Source: Candidatus Methylomirabilia bacterium (GTDB lineage Bacteria; Methylomirabilota; Methylomirabilia; Rokubacteriales; CSP1-6). Taken from it: a stretch of DNA of 48,364 bases. The stretch is from the NCBI GenBank assembly GCA_041497895.1, contig JBGQHJ010000018.1, forward strand, positions 1-48,364, read 5' to 3'. Made by a program: the position numbers and the translations under genes. Shown piece after piece: positions 9,227 to 18,249 of this stretch (positions within the stretch are counted from its first letter, which is position 1; each line of letters begins with the position of its first letter). The notes beneath the pieces are model-generated. The model was not told where the DNA came from, did not search any database, and saw only the letters and a program-made list of their open reading frames with translations.

Positions 9227-10735
9227 ATGGCGCCTCGGTCCATCGTCCCAGGTTTCCTGAGCATGGTGGCAATGGTCACGGGTTTCGGGTTGGTGCCGAT
9301 ATCGACCCACGAGGCGTCCGCACAGAACCGCCCTCCCGCCAAGCCGGCGGCGGTCGCCCCGGCCCAGGCGGGGGCTCCCATCGAGGCCGTGCTGACCGGC
9401 GCCCCGGAGGTGCCGCCGCCGATCACCCGACGTGATCCGGCCAAGGTGGTCGTCCACCTGGAAGTCCGCGAGGTGAACCTGCCCATCTCGGACGGTGTCG
9501 AGTACACCTTCTGGACGTTCGGGGGCCACGTGCCCGGCAAGTTCATCCGGGTGCGCCAGGGTGACACCGTCGAGTTCCACCTGCAGAACCATCCCGACAG
9601 CAAGATGCCGCACAATATCGACCTGCACGCGGTGACGGGGCCCGGGGGCGGAGCCACCAGCAGCTTCACGGCCCCCGGCCACGAATCGCAGTTCACCTTC
9701 AAGGCACTGAACCCGGGCCTGTACGTCTACCACTGCGCCACGGCCCCGGTCGGGATGCACATCGCCAACGGGATGTACGGCCTGATCCTGGTCGAGCCGC
9801 CCCAGGGCCTGTCGAAGGTCGACCGCGAGTTCTACATCATGCAGGGCGACTTCTACACCGTGGGCTCGTATCGCGAGAAGGGCGCCCAACCCTTCGACAT
9901 GCAGAAGGCCATCGACGAGCGGGCCACCTACGTGCTCTTCAACGGCTCGGAGGGCGCCCTGGTGGGGGACAAGGCGCTCAAGGCCAAGGTCGGCGAGCGC
10001 ATCCGGATGTTCGTGGGCAACGGCGGCCCGAACCTCGTGAGCAGCTTCCACGTCATCGGCGAGATCTTCGACCGCGTCTACACCGAGGGCGGCTCCCGCT
10101 ATCAGGAGAACGTCCAGACGACGCTGATCCCGGCGGGTGGCTCCGCCATCGTTGAGTTCAAGGCCGAGGTGCCAGGAACGTACATCATCGTGGACCACTC
10201 GATCTTCCGGACCTTCAACAAGGGTGCGCTCGGCATGCTCAAGGTCGACGGCCCCGAGAACCGGCTCGTGTACTCCGGCAAGGAGGTCGACGTGGATTAC
10301 ATCAGCGAGAAGGCCGGGCCCTCGTCGCCCGCCATCGCGTCCGCCGCCAGTGCGCTCGAGAAGGGCACGCTCGACATCAAGACGCAGATCGCGGCGGGTG
10401 AACAGCTCTTCAGGGGCACCTGCTCGGTCTGCCACCAGCCGACCGGTCAGGGGCTCCCGAGCGTGTTCCCACCGCTGGCGAAGTCCGACTACCTCATGGC
10501 GAACAAGCAGCGGGCGATCGAGATCGTGCTCAAGGGACTCACCGGGCCGGTCACGGTCAACGGCAAGCCGTTCAACTCGGTCATGCCGCCGATGAGCCAG
10601 CTCCGGGATGACGAGATCGCCAACATCCTGACGTACGTGCGCAACGCCTGGGGCAACCAGGGGGACCAGGTGACCGCCGCCGAAGTGACGGACGCCCGCG
10701 CCAAGATCAAGCTGCCCCCAGGGGCGGCCCGCTGA
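9227..10735 (+). CDS. nirK: Copper-containing nitrite reductase with C-terminal cytochrome c domain
   Basis: PHNIDLH, YHCA...MHIANGM, SSFHVIG, VDH Cu motifs; CSVCH...MPP heme c domain; signal peptide. Confidence 0.95.
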   Translation: MAPRSIVPGFLSMVAMVTGFGLVPISTHEASAQNRPPAKPAAVAPAQAGAPIEAVLTGAPEVPPPITRRDPAKVVVHLEVREVNLPISDGVEYTFWTFGGHVPGKFIRVRQGDTVEFHLQNHPDSKMPHNIDLHAVTGPGGGATSSFTAPGHESQFTFKALNPGLYVYHCATAPVGMHIANGMYGLILVEPPQGLSKVDREFYIMQGDFYTVGSYREKGAQPFDMQKAIDERATYVLFNGSEGALVGDKALKAKVGERIRMFVGNGGPNLVSSFHVIGEIFDRVYTEGGSRYQENVQTTLIPAGGSAIVEFKAEVPGTYIIVDHSIFRTFNKGALGMLKVDGPENRLVYSGKEVDVDYISEKAGPSSPAIASAASALEKGTLDIKTQIAAGEQLFRGTCSVCHQPTGQGLPSVFPPLAKSDYLMANKQRAIEIVLKGLTGPVTVNGKPFNSVMPPMSQLRDDEIANILTYVRNAWGNQGDQVTAAEVTDARAKIKLPPGAAR

Positions 10736-10738
10736 ACC

Positions 10739-11530
10739 ATGCGGCACCTGGCCTTCGTCACGCTGGCGCTCGTCCTCGCGGGCGCCGGCGTGCCGGCGGC
10801 GTCCCCGGGCGACATGGCGCGAGTGGGCCCAGGGGTGCTCCACCCGGTCTACGCGCCCGCCCCCGGGGTGACGACCGTCGACGTCGCCGCCTTCGCGCTG
10901 GACCGCCTGCCCGTCACCAACGCCGAGTTCCTGAGCTTCGTCACCGGGCACCCCGGCTGGCGGCGCGACCGGGTGGCCCGCGTATTTGCCGACGACGGCT
11001 ACCTGGCCCATTGGACGGGCCCGACGGAGCTGGGGCCCGACGCCCGCCCCGAGCAGCCGGTGACGCGTGTGAGCTGGTTCGCCGCCAGGGCCTACTGCGG
11101 CGCCCGGGGCAAGCGGCTGCCGACGGAGGTCGAGTGGGAGCTCGCGGCGGCAGCCGGAGATACGAGCCCGGATGGTGCGGCCGAGCCCGGATTCCGGGAG
11201 CGGATCCTCGCCTGGTACGCGAGGCCGGCGACGGGAGCGTTGCCCGACGTGGGCGGCGGGCCGCCCAACTTCTGGGGGATCCGCGACCTCCACGGACTGG
11301 TGTGGGAGTGGGTCCTCGACTACAACAGCACGCTGGTCTCCGGCGACAGCCGGAGCGGCAAGAGCGCGGATCGTATCCCGTTCTGCGGGACGGGCGCGTT
11401 CACCGCCGGGGACAACGAAGACTACGCGGGCTTCATGCGGCTCGCCTTCCGGAGCTCGCTGGAGGCGCGGTACACGACGCGCGCGCTCGGGTTCCGCTGC
11501 GCGAGTGACGGCGAGGTCGCTTCACGATGA
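10739..11530 (+). CDS. FGE-sulfatase domain protein, NirV-like
   Basis: PVTNAEF, PVTRVSWFAARAYC, RLPTEVEWE, DLHGLVWEW, LGFRCA; directly after nirK. Confidence 0.8.
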   Translation: MRHLAFVTLALVLAGAGVPAASPGDMARVGPGVLHPVYAPAPGVTTVDVAAFALDRLPVTNAEFLSFVTGHPGWRRDRVARVFADDGYLAHWTGPTELGPDARPEQPVTRVSWFAARAYCGARGKRLPTEVEWELAAAAGDTSPDGAAEPGFRERILAWYARPATGALPDVGGGPPNFWGIRDLHGLVWEWVLDYNSTLVSGDSRSGKSADRIPFCGTGAFTAGDNEDYAGFMRLAFRSSLEARYTTRALGFRCASDGEVASR

Positions 11531-12141
11531 AGGCCATGGCAATCGCGGTCGCGGGCCTCCTGGCCGCCGGGGTCGCCGTCGCGCCGCCGGCGGCCGCCCA
11601 GGATCATCGCCACAAGGCCATGGAGGCGGCTCCGCCGCGGGGAGACTCCATCTACGCGCTCTCGGCGTCGCTCGTGGACCAGCGCGGTCGGACGGTCGGC
11701 CTGGACCTCTTCCGAGGCCATCCCGTGCTGATCAGTATGTTCTACGCGACCTGCCCGGACGCATGCCCGCTCCTGATCGCCGATCTGCAGCGGATGGAGC
11801 GCGAACTGCCCCCCCGTATCAAGGCCGATCTCCGGATCGTCCTGGTGAGCCTCGATCCGGAGCGAGACACGCCGGACGCCCTCCAGGCGCTGGCGCGAAC
11901 CCGTCAGGTGGATGAGTCCCGCTGGCGGCTGCTCCGGGCGCCGGAGGATACGGTCCGCGACATCGCCGCGCTACTCGGCGTCAAGTACCGCAGGTTGCCG
12001 GACGGGAGCTTCAACCACTCCTCGGTCATCACGCTGCTCGACCCCGACGGGGCCATTGTCGCCCGCGACGACGCGATCGGCGGCCCGCACGAGGCTCTGC
12101 TGCGTGGTCTGCGGGGTGCGCGGTCGACGTCGGGCCGCTAG
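11527..12141 (+). CDS. SCO1/SenC copper chaperone
   Basis: CPDAC (CxxxC), SLDPERDTP, FNHS His; ATGA overlap. Confidence 0.9.
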   Translation: MKAMAIAVAGLLAAGVAVAPPAAAQDHRHKAMEAAPPRGDSIYALSASLVDQRGRTVGLDLFRGHPVLISMFYATCPDACPLLIADLQRMERELPPRIKADLRIVLVSLDPERDTPDALQALARTRQVDESRWRLLRAPEDTVRDIAALLGVKYRRLPDGSFNHSSVITLLDPDGAIVARDDAIGGPHEALLRGLRGARSTSGR

Positions 12142-12187
12142 GGTCACGCCGCGTCGGTGGCCGCCCGCAAATGGCGCCGCCGGCGTC

Positions 12188-14221
12188 CTACCGGGCGACG
12201 AGGTTCTCGTTGTCGTAGGTGACCAACACGACCCGCCCGCGGTCGAAGCGGACCCTTTGCTCGAGCGACAGCACCTTGCCGGGCCCGCCAGCCTCGTGGG
12301 GAGTGAATGTCACACGCACATCGTGATCTCCCGGAATCACGCGCAGGTCCTCTTGCACGTTCAACGGCCGATCCGCCCGCAAGCCTGGCGATCTCACCGT
12401 CTTCTCCGCCACGATCTGCCCATCGACGACGGCCTTCAAGTCGTAGGACAGGACCTCGGTCACGCACTCGCGCGGCACGCGCATATGGACCGGGCGTCTG
12501 GCCAGCTCCTCGGGGGTGAGATCGCGGCACCGCTCCTTGACCTGGCCGGTGAGGCGCCATCCCAACCTCAGGAGGGCATGCTCCGGGGCCGCCCCCTGGG
12601 GCCACCGACTCCCCAGGGCCAGCCCGCCGAGGAGGAGGGCACTGAGCCCCATCGCGAAGGCACCGCGCGAGCCCCGGCCGAACGCCCCGAGGCGGCTCGG
12701 TGAAGACGGCCTCGGCAGGGTGTCGAGCAGCGCGGCGATCGCGGGCCATTCGCCCATCGAGTAGTGATAGACGCGAACGGGCAGGCGCGCGATTCGCCCC
12801 GGGACGGCCGGAGCCCGCTCTCCGAGGATGCGCGCGTCAGCGAGGATGGCGCCCTCCCGGTGGACGCAGTTCTGCGCGGGGCATCCGAGTAGCGCGGTCG
12901 TGCCGAAGTGACTGCCGAGATAGGACACGGTGGCGGGATGGAGCGTTCCGACGCAGTCCACTTCGAAGTGCGCCATCGAGTCATTCTGCTCGAGCCGGTC
13001 CCGCAGCCTCGTGGGGACGCCGCCGTTGTTCCGGCAGCTGACGACCAGCGCGCTCTGTCCAGGGCTCGTGGTGCCAGCCACGAGCTGCCGCGCCGAGGCG
13101 AGCTGATGGGCTGCCGTCCGGCGGTCGGGGCCGATCGCCAGGGACGCGCACGAGCCCGCGCAGATGCCGCAGCTCACGCAGAGGTCCGGAAGAACGTTGG
13201 CGAGGAGCGGGTGCACCTCGGGGTGCTTGCCCGGAATCATCTGGATCGCGTCATACGGACAGTCACGAAAGCACTGCTGGCAGCCCTCGCAGCGCTCCGG
13301 GTCGACGAAGGCCGCCGGCGGCCGGGCGCCCTCGCGGGGCCCCACCAGCCACGGCAGGGACAGGAGCAGGCTGGCGAGCAGCGCGAAGCTCGCCAGGCCG
13401 GCCGCCGGTGAGCTCTGCACCAACGGGATCCAGAAGCCGTAGAGCCAGTCCGTGTTCACGCGGCCGGGAATAGCCAGCAGATCGGCCGCCGGGGGAAGCG
13501 GAGCGGGGCAGAGCAGGGAGAGGAGAACGAGCCCGGTGAGGGCCCACCACACCACCCTCCGCTCCGGGAACCACGCCGCGCGGGCGAGCCTGGACGTGTG
13601 GAGCCACAGAAAGCCGATCATTCCCAGAGGGACGGCCACGTGCAGAAAGAGATTCATGAAGAAGAATTGCGACGGGACCGGCGTGTCTCCGACGAAGGCC
13701 CGGTCCGGGGGCTCGGGGAAGAGGGGAAGGAGCCGGAGCATCTTGGCGCCCGCGACTGCCAGCCTCTGGCCGAACTCGTCCCAGACCAGGACGAAGCCGG
13801 TCAGACCGGACACGAACATCATCCCGGCGAGCAGGATCCCGGTGATCCAGGCCAGCGCTCTCGGCCCCCACGTCTTGCCTTGGACCAGCAGGCGCAGCGC
13901 GTGAATCAGCATGGCGACGACGGCGGCGTCGGAGACATATCGGTGCAGGGCCCGGATCCACCGCCCGAGATAGGGGTCGCCCTGGATGCCGGTCATCGAC
14001 TCGTAGGGGCGCCCGACCTCGTAGACGAAGATCAGGTAGACGCCGGTGACCAGGGCTACCGTGAGGCAGAGAGCGGCCAGCGTGCCGGTGCGGTGGAGCG
14101 GGTTGTACTTCGATGAATACGTCCGATCGAAGACCCGGTCGATACCCTCGATGAGGTGTGCGAGCCAGCGGGTGCCGATCGGTCGCCAGTAGTCATAGCG
14201 GCCGAGGGGCTCAACCGGCAT
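12188..14221 (-). CDS. Cytochrome b(N)-like + 2x[4Fe-4S] ferredoxin + MvhD/FlpD-like fusion protein
   Basis: Four heme-b His (ALHRY, IHALR, FLHVA, WLHTS); CEGCQQCFRDCP and CVSCGICAGSC; SC...DCVG...GCPAQNCVH; final TM plus Cys-pair domain. Confidence 0.8.
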   Translation of the reverse strand: MPVEPLGRYDYWRPIGTRWLAHLIEGIDRVFDRTYSSKYNPLHRTGTLAALCLTVALVTGVYLIFVYEVGRPYESMTGIQGDPYLGRWIRALHRYVSDAAVVAMLIHALRLLVQGKTWGPRALAWITGILLAGMMFVSGLTGFVLVWDEFGQRLAVAGAKMLRLLPLFPEPPDRAFVGDTPVPSQFFFMNLFLHVAVPLGMIGFLWLHTSRLARAAWFPERRVVWWALTGLVLLSLLCPAPLPPAADLLAIPGRVNTDWLYGFWIPLVQSSPAAGLASFALLASLLLSLPWLVGPREGARPPAAFVDPERCEGCQQCFRDCPYDAIQMIPGKHPEVHPLLANVLPDLCVSCGICAGSCASLAIGPDRRTAAHQLASARQLVAGTTSPGQSALVVSCRNNGGVPTRLRDRLEQNDSMAHFEVDCVGTLHPATVSYLGSHFGTTALLGCPAQNCVHREGAILADARILGERAPAVPGRIARLPVRVYHYSMGEWPAIAALLDTLPRPSSPSRLGAFGRGSRGAFAMGLSALLLGGLALGSRWPQGAAPEHALLRLGWRLTGQVKERCRDLTPEELARRPVHMRVPRECVTEVLSYDLKAVVDGQIVAEKTVRSPGLRADRPLNVQEDLRVIPGDHDVRVTFTPHEAGGPGKVLSLEQRVRFDRGRVVLVTYDNENLVAR

Positions 14222-15116
14222 TGGCACCGGTCCGGTCGAGCCGCGCGAGCCCTTCGCGGATCCAGGCCGGCGGGGGATTGTTGAAGGCATAGGCGAGCCG
14301 GCCCTGGGCATCGATGAGGAAGACCACGCCGGGATGGACGATGTCTCCGGTCTTCTCGTTCCGTTCGAAGGGCACCTGGTAGGCGCTGACCACGCGCAGG
14401 ACCTCGGTCACGCTCGGCGAAGAGAGGACGTGGAAGTTGCTCGGGACGTCCCACTGCCGTGCGATGCCGGCCAGCGAGCTCGGCGTATCCCGCCACGGGT
14501 CGAGCGTGATCAACAAGACCTCGCTCGGCGGCACGCTGGGCGAGGCCTCTTTGATGTTCTGGACGAGGAGCGGGCACATGGTCTGGCAGTGCGCGAACAC
14601 GAAGGTCAGCAGCACCGGCCGCCCCTTGAAGCGGTCGAGTGAGATCCTCTCCCCGTCTTGATCGACGAGAACGAAGTCCGGGGCTACCGCCACCTGGCGA
14701 GGGTACGCGACGGGGAGATCCGACGAGTCCGGGGCGCCCGGGGCCCACGCCGCGGCGGCCAGCCCCACGCGGACCTGCGTGAAGATCCAGACACCCTCGG
14801 TCGTCAGGCCGGCCGCGATCACCGCGAATGCGCACGCGCCGACCGGAGATCGGGCCAGCGAGGCCACGGAGGCTCCGAGCTCCGAGCCCCAGATCGCGAA
14901 GATCCCGACCAGGAAGCTCGCCGGGCCAAGGACGAGCAGCATCCAGCCGTATGGGGCAGGCAGTCCGCTCTCGAGCGAGCCGAAGCAGACGGTGCGAGCC
15001 GCGGTCAGCCACTCCGGAGGAGCCGCCGACATCGGCATGAAGGCGAACCCCCACCAGAGCAAGGTGGAGGTCAACCACAGGACGAGGACGAGCGCCGGTA
15101 GCCTCGAGGGATGCAT
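14211..15116 (-). CDS. SCO family protein with N-terminal membrane domain
   Basis: About 3 TM helices then CQTMC, ITLDPWRDTP, IVHP. Confidence 0.85.
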   Translation of the reverse strand: MHPSRLPALVLVLWLTSTLLWWGFAFMPMSAAPPEWLTAARTVCFGSLESGLPAPYGWMLLVLGPASFLVGIFAIWGSELGASVASLARSPVGACAFAVIAAGLTTEGVWIFTQVRVGLAAAAWAPGAPDSSDLPVAYPRQVAVAPDFVLVDQDGERISLDRFKGRPVLLTFVFAHCQTMCPLLVQNIKEASPSVPPSEVLLITLDPWRDTPSSLAGIARQWDVPSNFHVLSSPSVTEVLRVVSAYQVPFERNEKTGDIVHPGVVFLIDAQGRLAYAFNNPPPAWIREGLARLDRTGANAG

Positions 15117-15119
15117 CCG

Positions 15120-16847
15120 CTATCCGACCTTCCACACGAAGGACAGGATCTTCCAGTTCGCGAAGTAGTACAGGATGAAGCACGCGAGGAAGATGAACAC
15201 GAGGATGAGGGTGCCCGGGGTACCGCTCTGGTGGACGGCGGCGACCGGGGCTCCCTCGTGCGCTTGAAGGGGGAGCTTCCACACGCCCTGCGGAACACCG
15301 GACAGATCATGAGAGTCGGCCAGCCGGAAGGGGCGACCGAAGAACACGGTCACCACCGCGATCAGGATGTACGCGAGCCCCCCGAGGATGGCGAGGAGTC
15401 CCCCGATGCCCATGGTCGCCTGGAAGAGCTGAACGACGGGATGGTACTCGATCTGGAAGACGGCACCCGGGGCGGAGATGTCCCAGTTCCGGCGCGGAAC
15501 GCCGAAGATCCCCTGGAAGATCATCGACATCCCGAGGATGACGATCCCGATCCCGAACAGGTAGGGCTGAATCTTCGCCAACCCCCAGAACGCCACCCGC
15601 TTTCTGAAGATCAGAGGCAGCACGTAGTACGTGACGGCCATGAAGGCCAGGGCGGTGCCTCCGACGACCGTCGTGTGGAAGTGGCCGGGGACGCGCAGCG
15701 TATTGTGGGCGATGATGTTGATCTGTTCCGTCCCGATGGTCACACCGGTGACGCCGCCGAGGAAGCCAAAGATCACGATCGACAGCGCGGCCCCCGAGAA
15801 CCCGGGATCGCCCCAGGGCGCCTTCTTGAGCCACTCGAACGTGCCCCGGGTGTAACCCCGTAGCCGCTGGCCCATCTCGATCCCGGCCGGCACCGTGAAG
15901 CCGTGGACCATGCTGGCGAGCACGGCCAGGTACATGGCGTAGCTGGTGTTCCAGATCTTCCACGCCGGCCCCATCCCCGGGTCGACCAGCAGGTGGTGAG
16001 CCGACGCCATCGAGATGAAGAGGATGTAGAGCGCGAAGGCCATGCGGCTGACCTTCTCGCTCACGACCACGCCCCCGACGGTGAGGGCCGCGAGCAAGTA
16101 CCAGACCGAGACGTGAGCGGCGACGTTGATCTGCTGGGATGAGTGTCCGAGGCCCCACCACACCATCCGGTAGACCTCGGGATCGACGTTCATGTACCCG
16201 AGGGACCACAGCAGCGTGGGGATGTAGATGGCCGCCCCGTGCAGCAGGGTGATCACCGCGATGATGGCGGCGGTCAGGGCGCCGAAGCTCACGAGCGGGA
16301 TGGACCCTTCGTAGGTGTGCTCTCGCTTGGCCACCACGAGTGTGGCGAAGAAGAGGCACGTCACGATGAGAGCGCCCACCGCGAAGAGGATGATCCCCAC
16401 GTAGTAGAGCGGATCCGCCTGCAGCGGCGGATACGACGTGAAGAGCACGTCGGCCTTCCCCTGCAGCACCATCGCGTTGGTGACCGCCATGCCGAGGACC
16501 ATCAGGCCGAAGGCGAGCCATCCCACTCGCGGTGCGGGCAATCTCGAGCTCAGGAGGATCGGCCCGGCAAAGTAGAGGATGGCCATCTCGAAGAAGATGA
16601 TGAAGAAGATGAGCATGTTCAGGCCGTGGAGGGTCAGAAAGCGATAGAAGAGGTCGGCGGGGAGGAGGTGGACCGCCTGCCAGCGGGTCATCACGACCCC
16701 GAACGCGGCGATGAGCCCGATCAGGAAATTCACGACCGCAACCACCGCGTTGACCTTGACGAGTGTCTCCGCGTGCCAGTTGACCTTGAGGCCCGTCACG
16801 TCGCAGGTCCGGAATCGGGTCGCCAGTCCGTTGATCGCGGTGGACAT
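15120..16847 (-). CDS. Heme-copper oxidase superfamily subunit I, B-family-derived, putative nitric oxide reductase (eNOR type)
   Basis: LTLHG, WWGLGHSSQQIN (Gln where HPxVY has Tyr), SAHHLL, PGHFH, GVPRR; start MSTAING at 16847. Confidence 0.85.
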   Translation of the reverse strand: MSTAINGLATRFRTCDVTGLKVNWHAETLVKVNAVVAVVNFLIGLIAAFGVVMTRWQAVHLLPADLFYRFLTLHGLNMLIFFIIFFEMAILYFAGPILLSSRLPAPRVGWLAFGLMVLGMAVTNAMVLQGKADVLFTSYPPLQADPLYYVGIILFAVGALIVTCLFFATLVVAKREHTYEGSIPLVSFGALTAAIIAVITLLHGAAIYIPTLLWSLGYMNVDPEVYRMVWWGLGHSSQQINVAAHVSVWYLLAALTVGGVVVSEKVSRMAFALYILFISMASAHHLLVDPGMGPAWKIWNTSYAMYLAVLASMVHGFTVPAGIEMGQRLRGYTRGTFEWLKKAPWGDPGFSGAALSIVIFGFLGGVTGVTIGTEQINIIAHNTLRVPGHFHTTVVGGTALAFMAVTYYVLPLIFRKRVAFWGLAKIQPYLFGIGIVILGMSMIFQGIFGVPRRNWDISAPGAVFQIEYHPVVQLFQATMGIGGLLAILGGLAYILIAVVTVFFGRPFRLADSHDLSGVPQGVWKLPLQAHEGAPVAAVHQSGTPGTLILVFIFLACFILYYFANWKILSFVWKVG

Positions 16848-16867
16848 TGTGGGGGGCTCCTCTCGCG

Positions 16868-17416
16868 CTACTCGACGACCACGACCTTGCCGACCATCAT
16901 GTGGTGACCGAGCCCGCAGAACTCGTTGCAGATGATCCGGAAGTCTCCCGACTTGTTGGGCACGATCTTCAGCCCGTAGTCGTAGCCGGGGATGACCTGG
17001 AAGTTGAGGTTCACGGGATACAGGCTGAAACCGTGGTTCAGGTCCACCGAGGAGAGGTGCAGCATGTATCGCACGCCCTTCGTCAGTCGCAGGACGGGAT
17101 ACCACCGCCACATCTGCGCCATGAGGTAGACGTCGGCGCCCGGGGGGGGCGCCACCACCGGGACGCCGTGATCCTCCCCGACCTTGTAGTCGGCGATGAA
17201 CTTCTCGACCCGCGCCGAGAAGTCTGCGGGGTCGACTCTCGAGCGGACGCCGGACGGGTTCTGCCCGCCGCGGAAATGCCAGAACGGCATCATCGCGAAC
17301 AGGATCAGGCACCAGACGAAGGCGATGCTGACCCACATCTTCTCCTGCTTGCCGGCGGGCAGCCACCAGGTGCCGCGCGGAGACACGATCGCCGAATGAG
17401 CTTCGTGCTGTTCCAT
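16868..17416 (-). CDS. Heme-copper oxidase subunit II (CuA), single-TM ba3-like
   Basis: SVDLNHGF and CNEFCGLGHHMM CuA motif; GAGGAG RBS. Confidence 0.9.
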   Translation of the reverse strand: MEQHEAHSAIVSPRGTWWLPAGKQEKMWVSIAFVWCLILFAMMPFWHFRGGQNPSGVRSRVDPADFSARVEKFIADYKVGEDHGVPVVAPPPGADVYLMAQMWRWYPVLRLTKGVRYMLHLSSVDLNHGFSLYPVNLNFQVIPGYDYGLKIVPNKSGDFRIICNEFCGLGHHMMVGKVVVVE

Positions 17417-17439
17417 GCGCTCCTCCTCTCGGGGCCGGG

Positions 17440-17604
17440 TCATGGCAGCACGGCCTTCGGCAGGGTCAAGATCTCGTACAGGCCCCAGAGCGTGTAGAAG
17501 CCAAACATCACGACCAGTCCGGCCGCCAAGAGCAGGAAGGGGCGGTCGAGCAGTCGCTGGCCGAGCGGGGTCGGGTTCTCAGCGGGTTTCGGCGTCGGCA
17601 CCAT
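17440..17604 (-). CDS. Small 54-aa single-TM protein heading the eNOR operon
   Basis: Manual translation MVPTPKPAENPTPLGQRLLDRPFLLLAAGLVVMFGFYTLWGLYEILTLPKAVLP*; G-rich RBS; not in the ORF track. Confidence 0.75.
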   Translation of the reverse strand: MVPTPKPAENPTPLGQRLLDRPFLLLAAGLVVMFGFYTLWGLYEILTLPKAVLP

Positions 17605-17686
17605 GGAATTGTCCCCCCGATCATCCCTGCGTCACGATGGCGAAGGCATCACCGGTCAAGTGAACGCCTCTGGGAGCGGTGGTGGG

Positions 17687-17702
17687 TATGATCCCGCTCA
17701 TA
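17687..17702. promoter_or_regulatory. CRP/FNR-like palindrome TATGA-N6-TCATA upstream of the eNOR operon
   Basis: TATGATCCCGCTCATA, 82 nt upstream of the first ATG. Confidence 0.75.
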
Positions 17703-17784
17703 TTCGGCCACGCGGCCGTGGGCGCGGGGCCCGCGACCCGGGCGGGCTCCGCGGGGGCGGCTCCGGGTGGGCCGGGCGCGTAGG

Positions 17785-18216
17785 CTACCTGAACAGCGAC
17801 AGGCCGAGCAGCACGATGACCAGGGCGACGAGGACGTTGAGCCTGGCCAGCCACGAGGCCCGCGCGCGAGCCCAAGGGCCGGCGGTGGGGAGACCGGCCC
17901 GGGGCCCCAGAAGGAAATCGTGGATGGCGCTCAGGACGAGCGCCAGAGCGACCAGCGCGAGCTTCCACTGCAGTCGCGGCGAGTGAAGCAGGAAGGGGTG
18001 GAGCCACAGATTCGCGAGCCCGGTCGCGATCAGGATGGTGAGCGCGATCCATCCCACGGAGCGGAAGCGCCGGCCGGTGGCCTGGACAAGCCGCGTCCGG
18101 AGCGCGCGATCGTCCAGTCGGCGCACGACGGGCACCAGCACCAGCGCGATGAAGAGCATGCCGCCGATCCAGGTCATGGCGGCGAGCACATGGAGCCAGA
18201 GCACGAGGAGCGGCAC
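17785..18216 (-). CDS. CopD/DUF4149-like 4-TM membrane protein
   Basis: WLHVLAAMTWIGGMLF, KLALV, IHDF. Confidence 0.7.
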   Translation of the reverse strand: MPLLVLWLHVLAAMTWIGGMLFIALVLVPVVRRLDDRALRTRLVQATGRRFRSVGWIALTILIATGLANLWLHPFLLHSPRLQWKLALVALALVLSAIHDFLLGPRAGLPTAGPWARARASWLARLNVLVALVIVLLGLSLFR

Positions 18217-18249
18217 GCGCGGAAGAATACCACGCGGGCTCGCGGCGCC

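Noticed and set aside
9197..11293. Long antisense ORFs (also 26276..28390, 32535..34610 and many others)
   Set aside because: Mirror frames of well-recognised genes, expected when stop codons are scarce; no motifs
10739..11530. True formylglycine-generating enzyme
   Set aside because: Canonical catalytic Cys pair motif not evident, it is secreted, and no sulfatase is nearby; NirV-like fits better
12188..14221. bc1/b6f complex or hydrogenase subunit
   Set aside because: No Rieske, cytochrome c1, hydrogenase or Hdr genes nearby; PEWY motif not retained
15120..16847. NO dismutase or qNOR
   Set aside because: Those are longer single-subunit qNOR-type proteins; this one keeps all six His ligands and has a CuA subunit II
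15120..17416. Ordinary ba3/cbb3 cytochrome c oxidase
   Set aside because: No HPxVY tyrosine, no ccoO/ccoP genes, and the nirK context favours NO reduction
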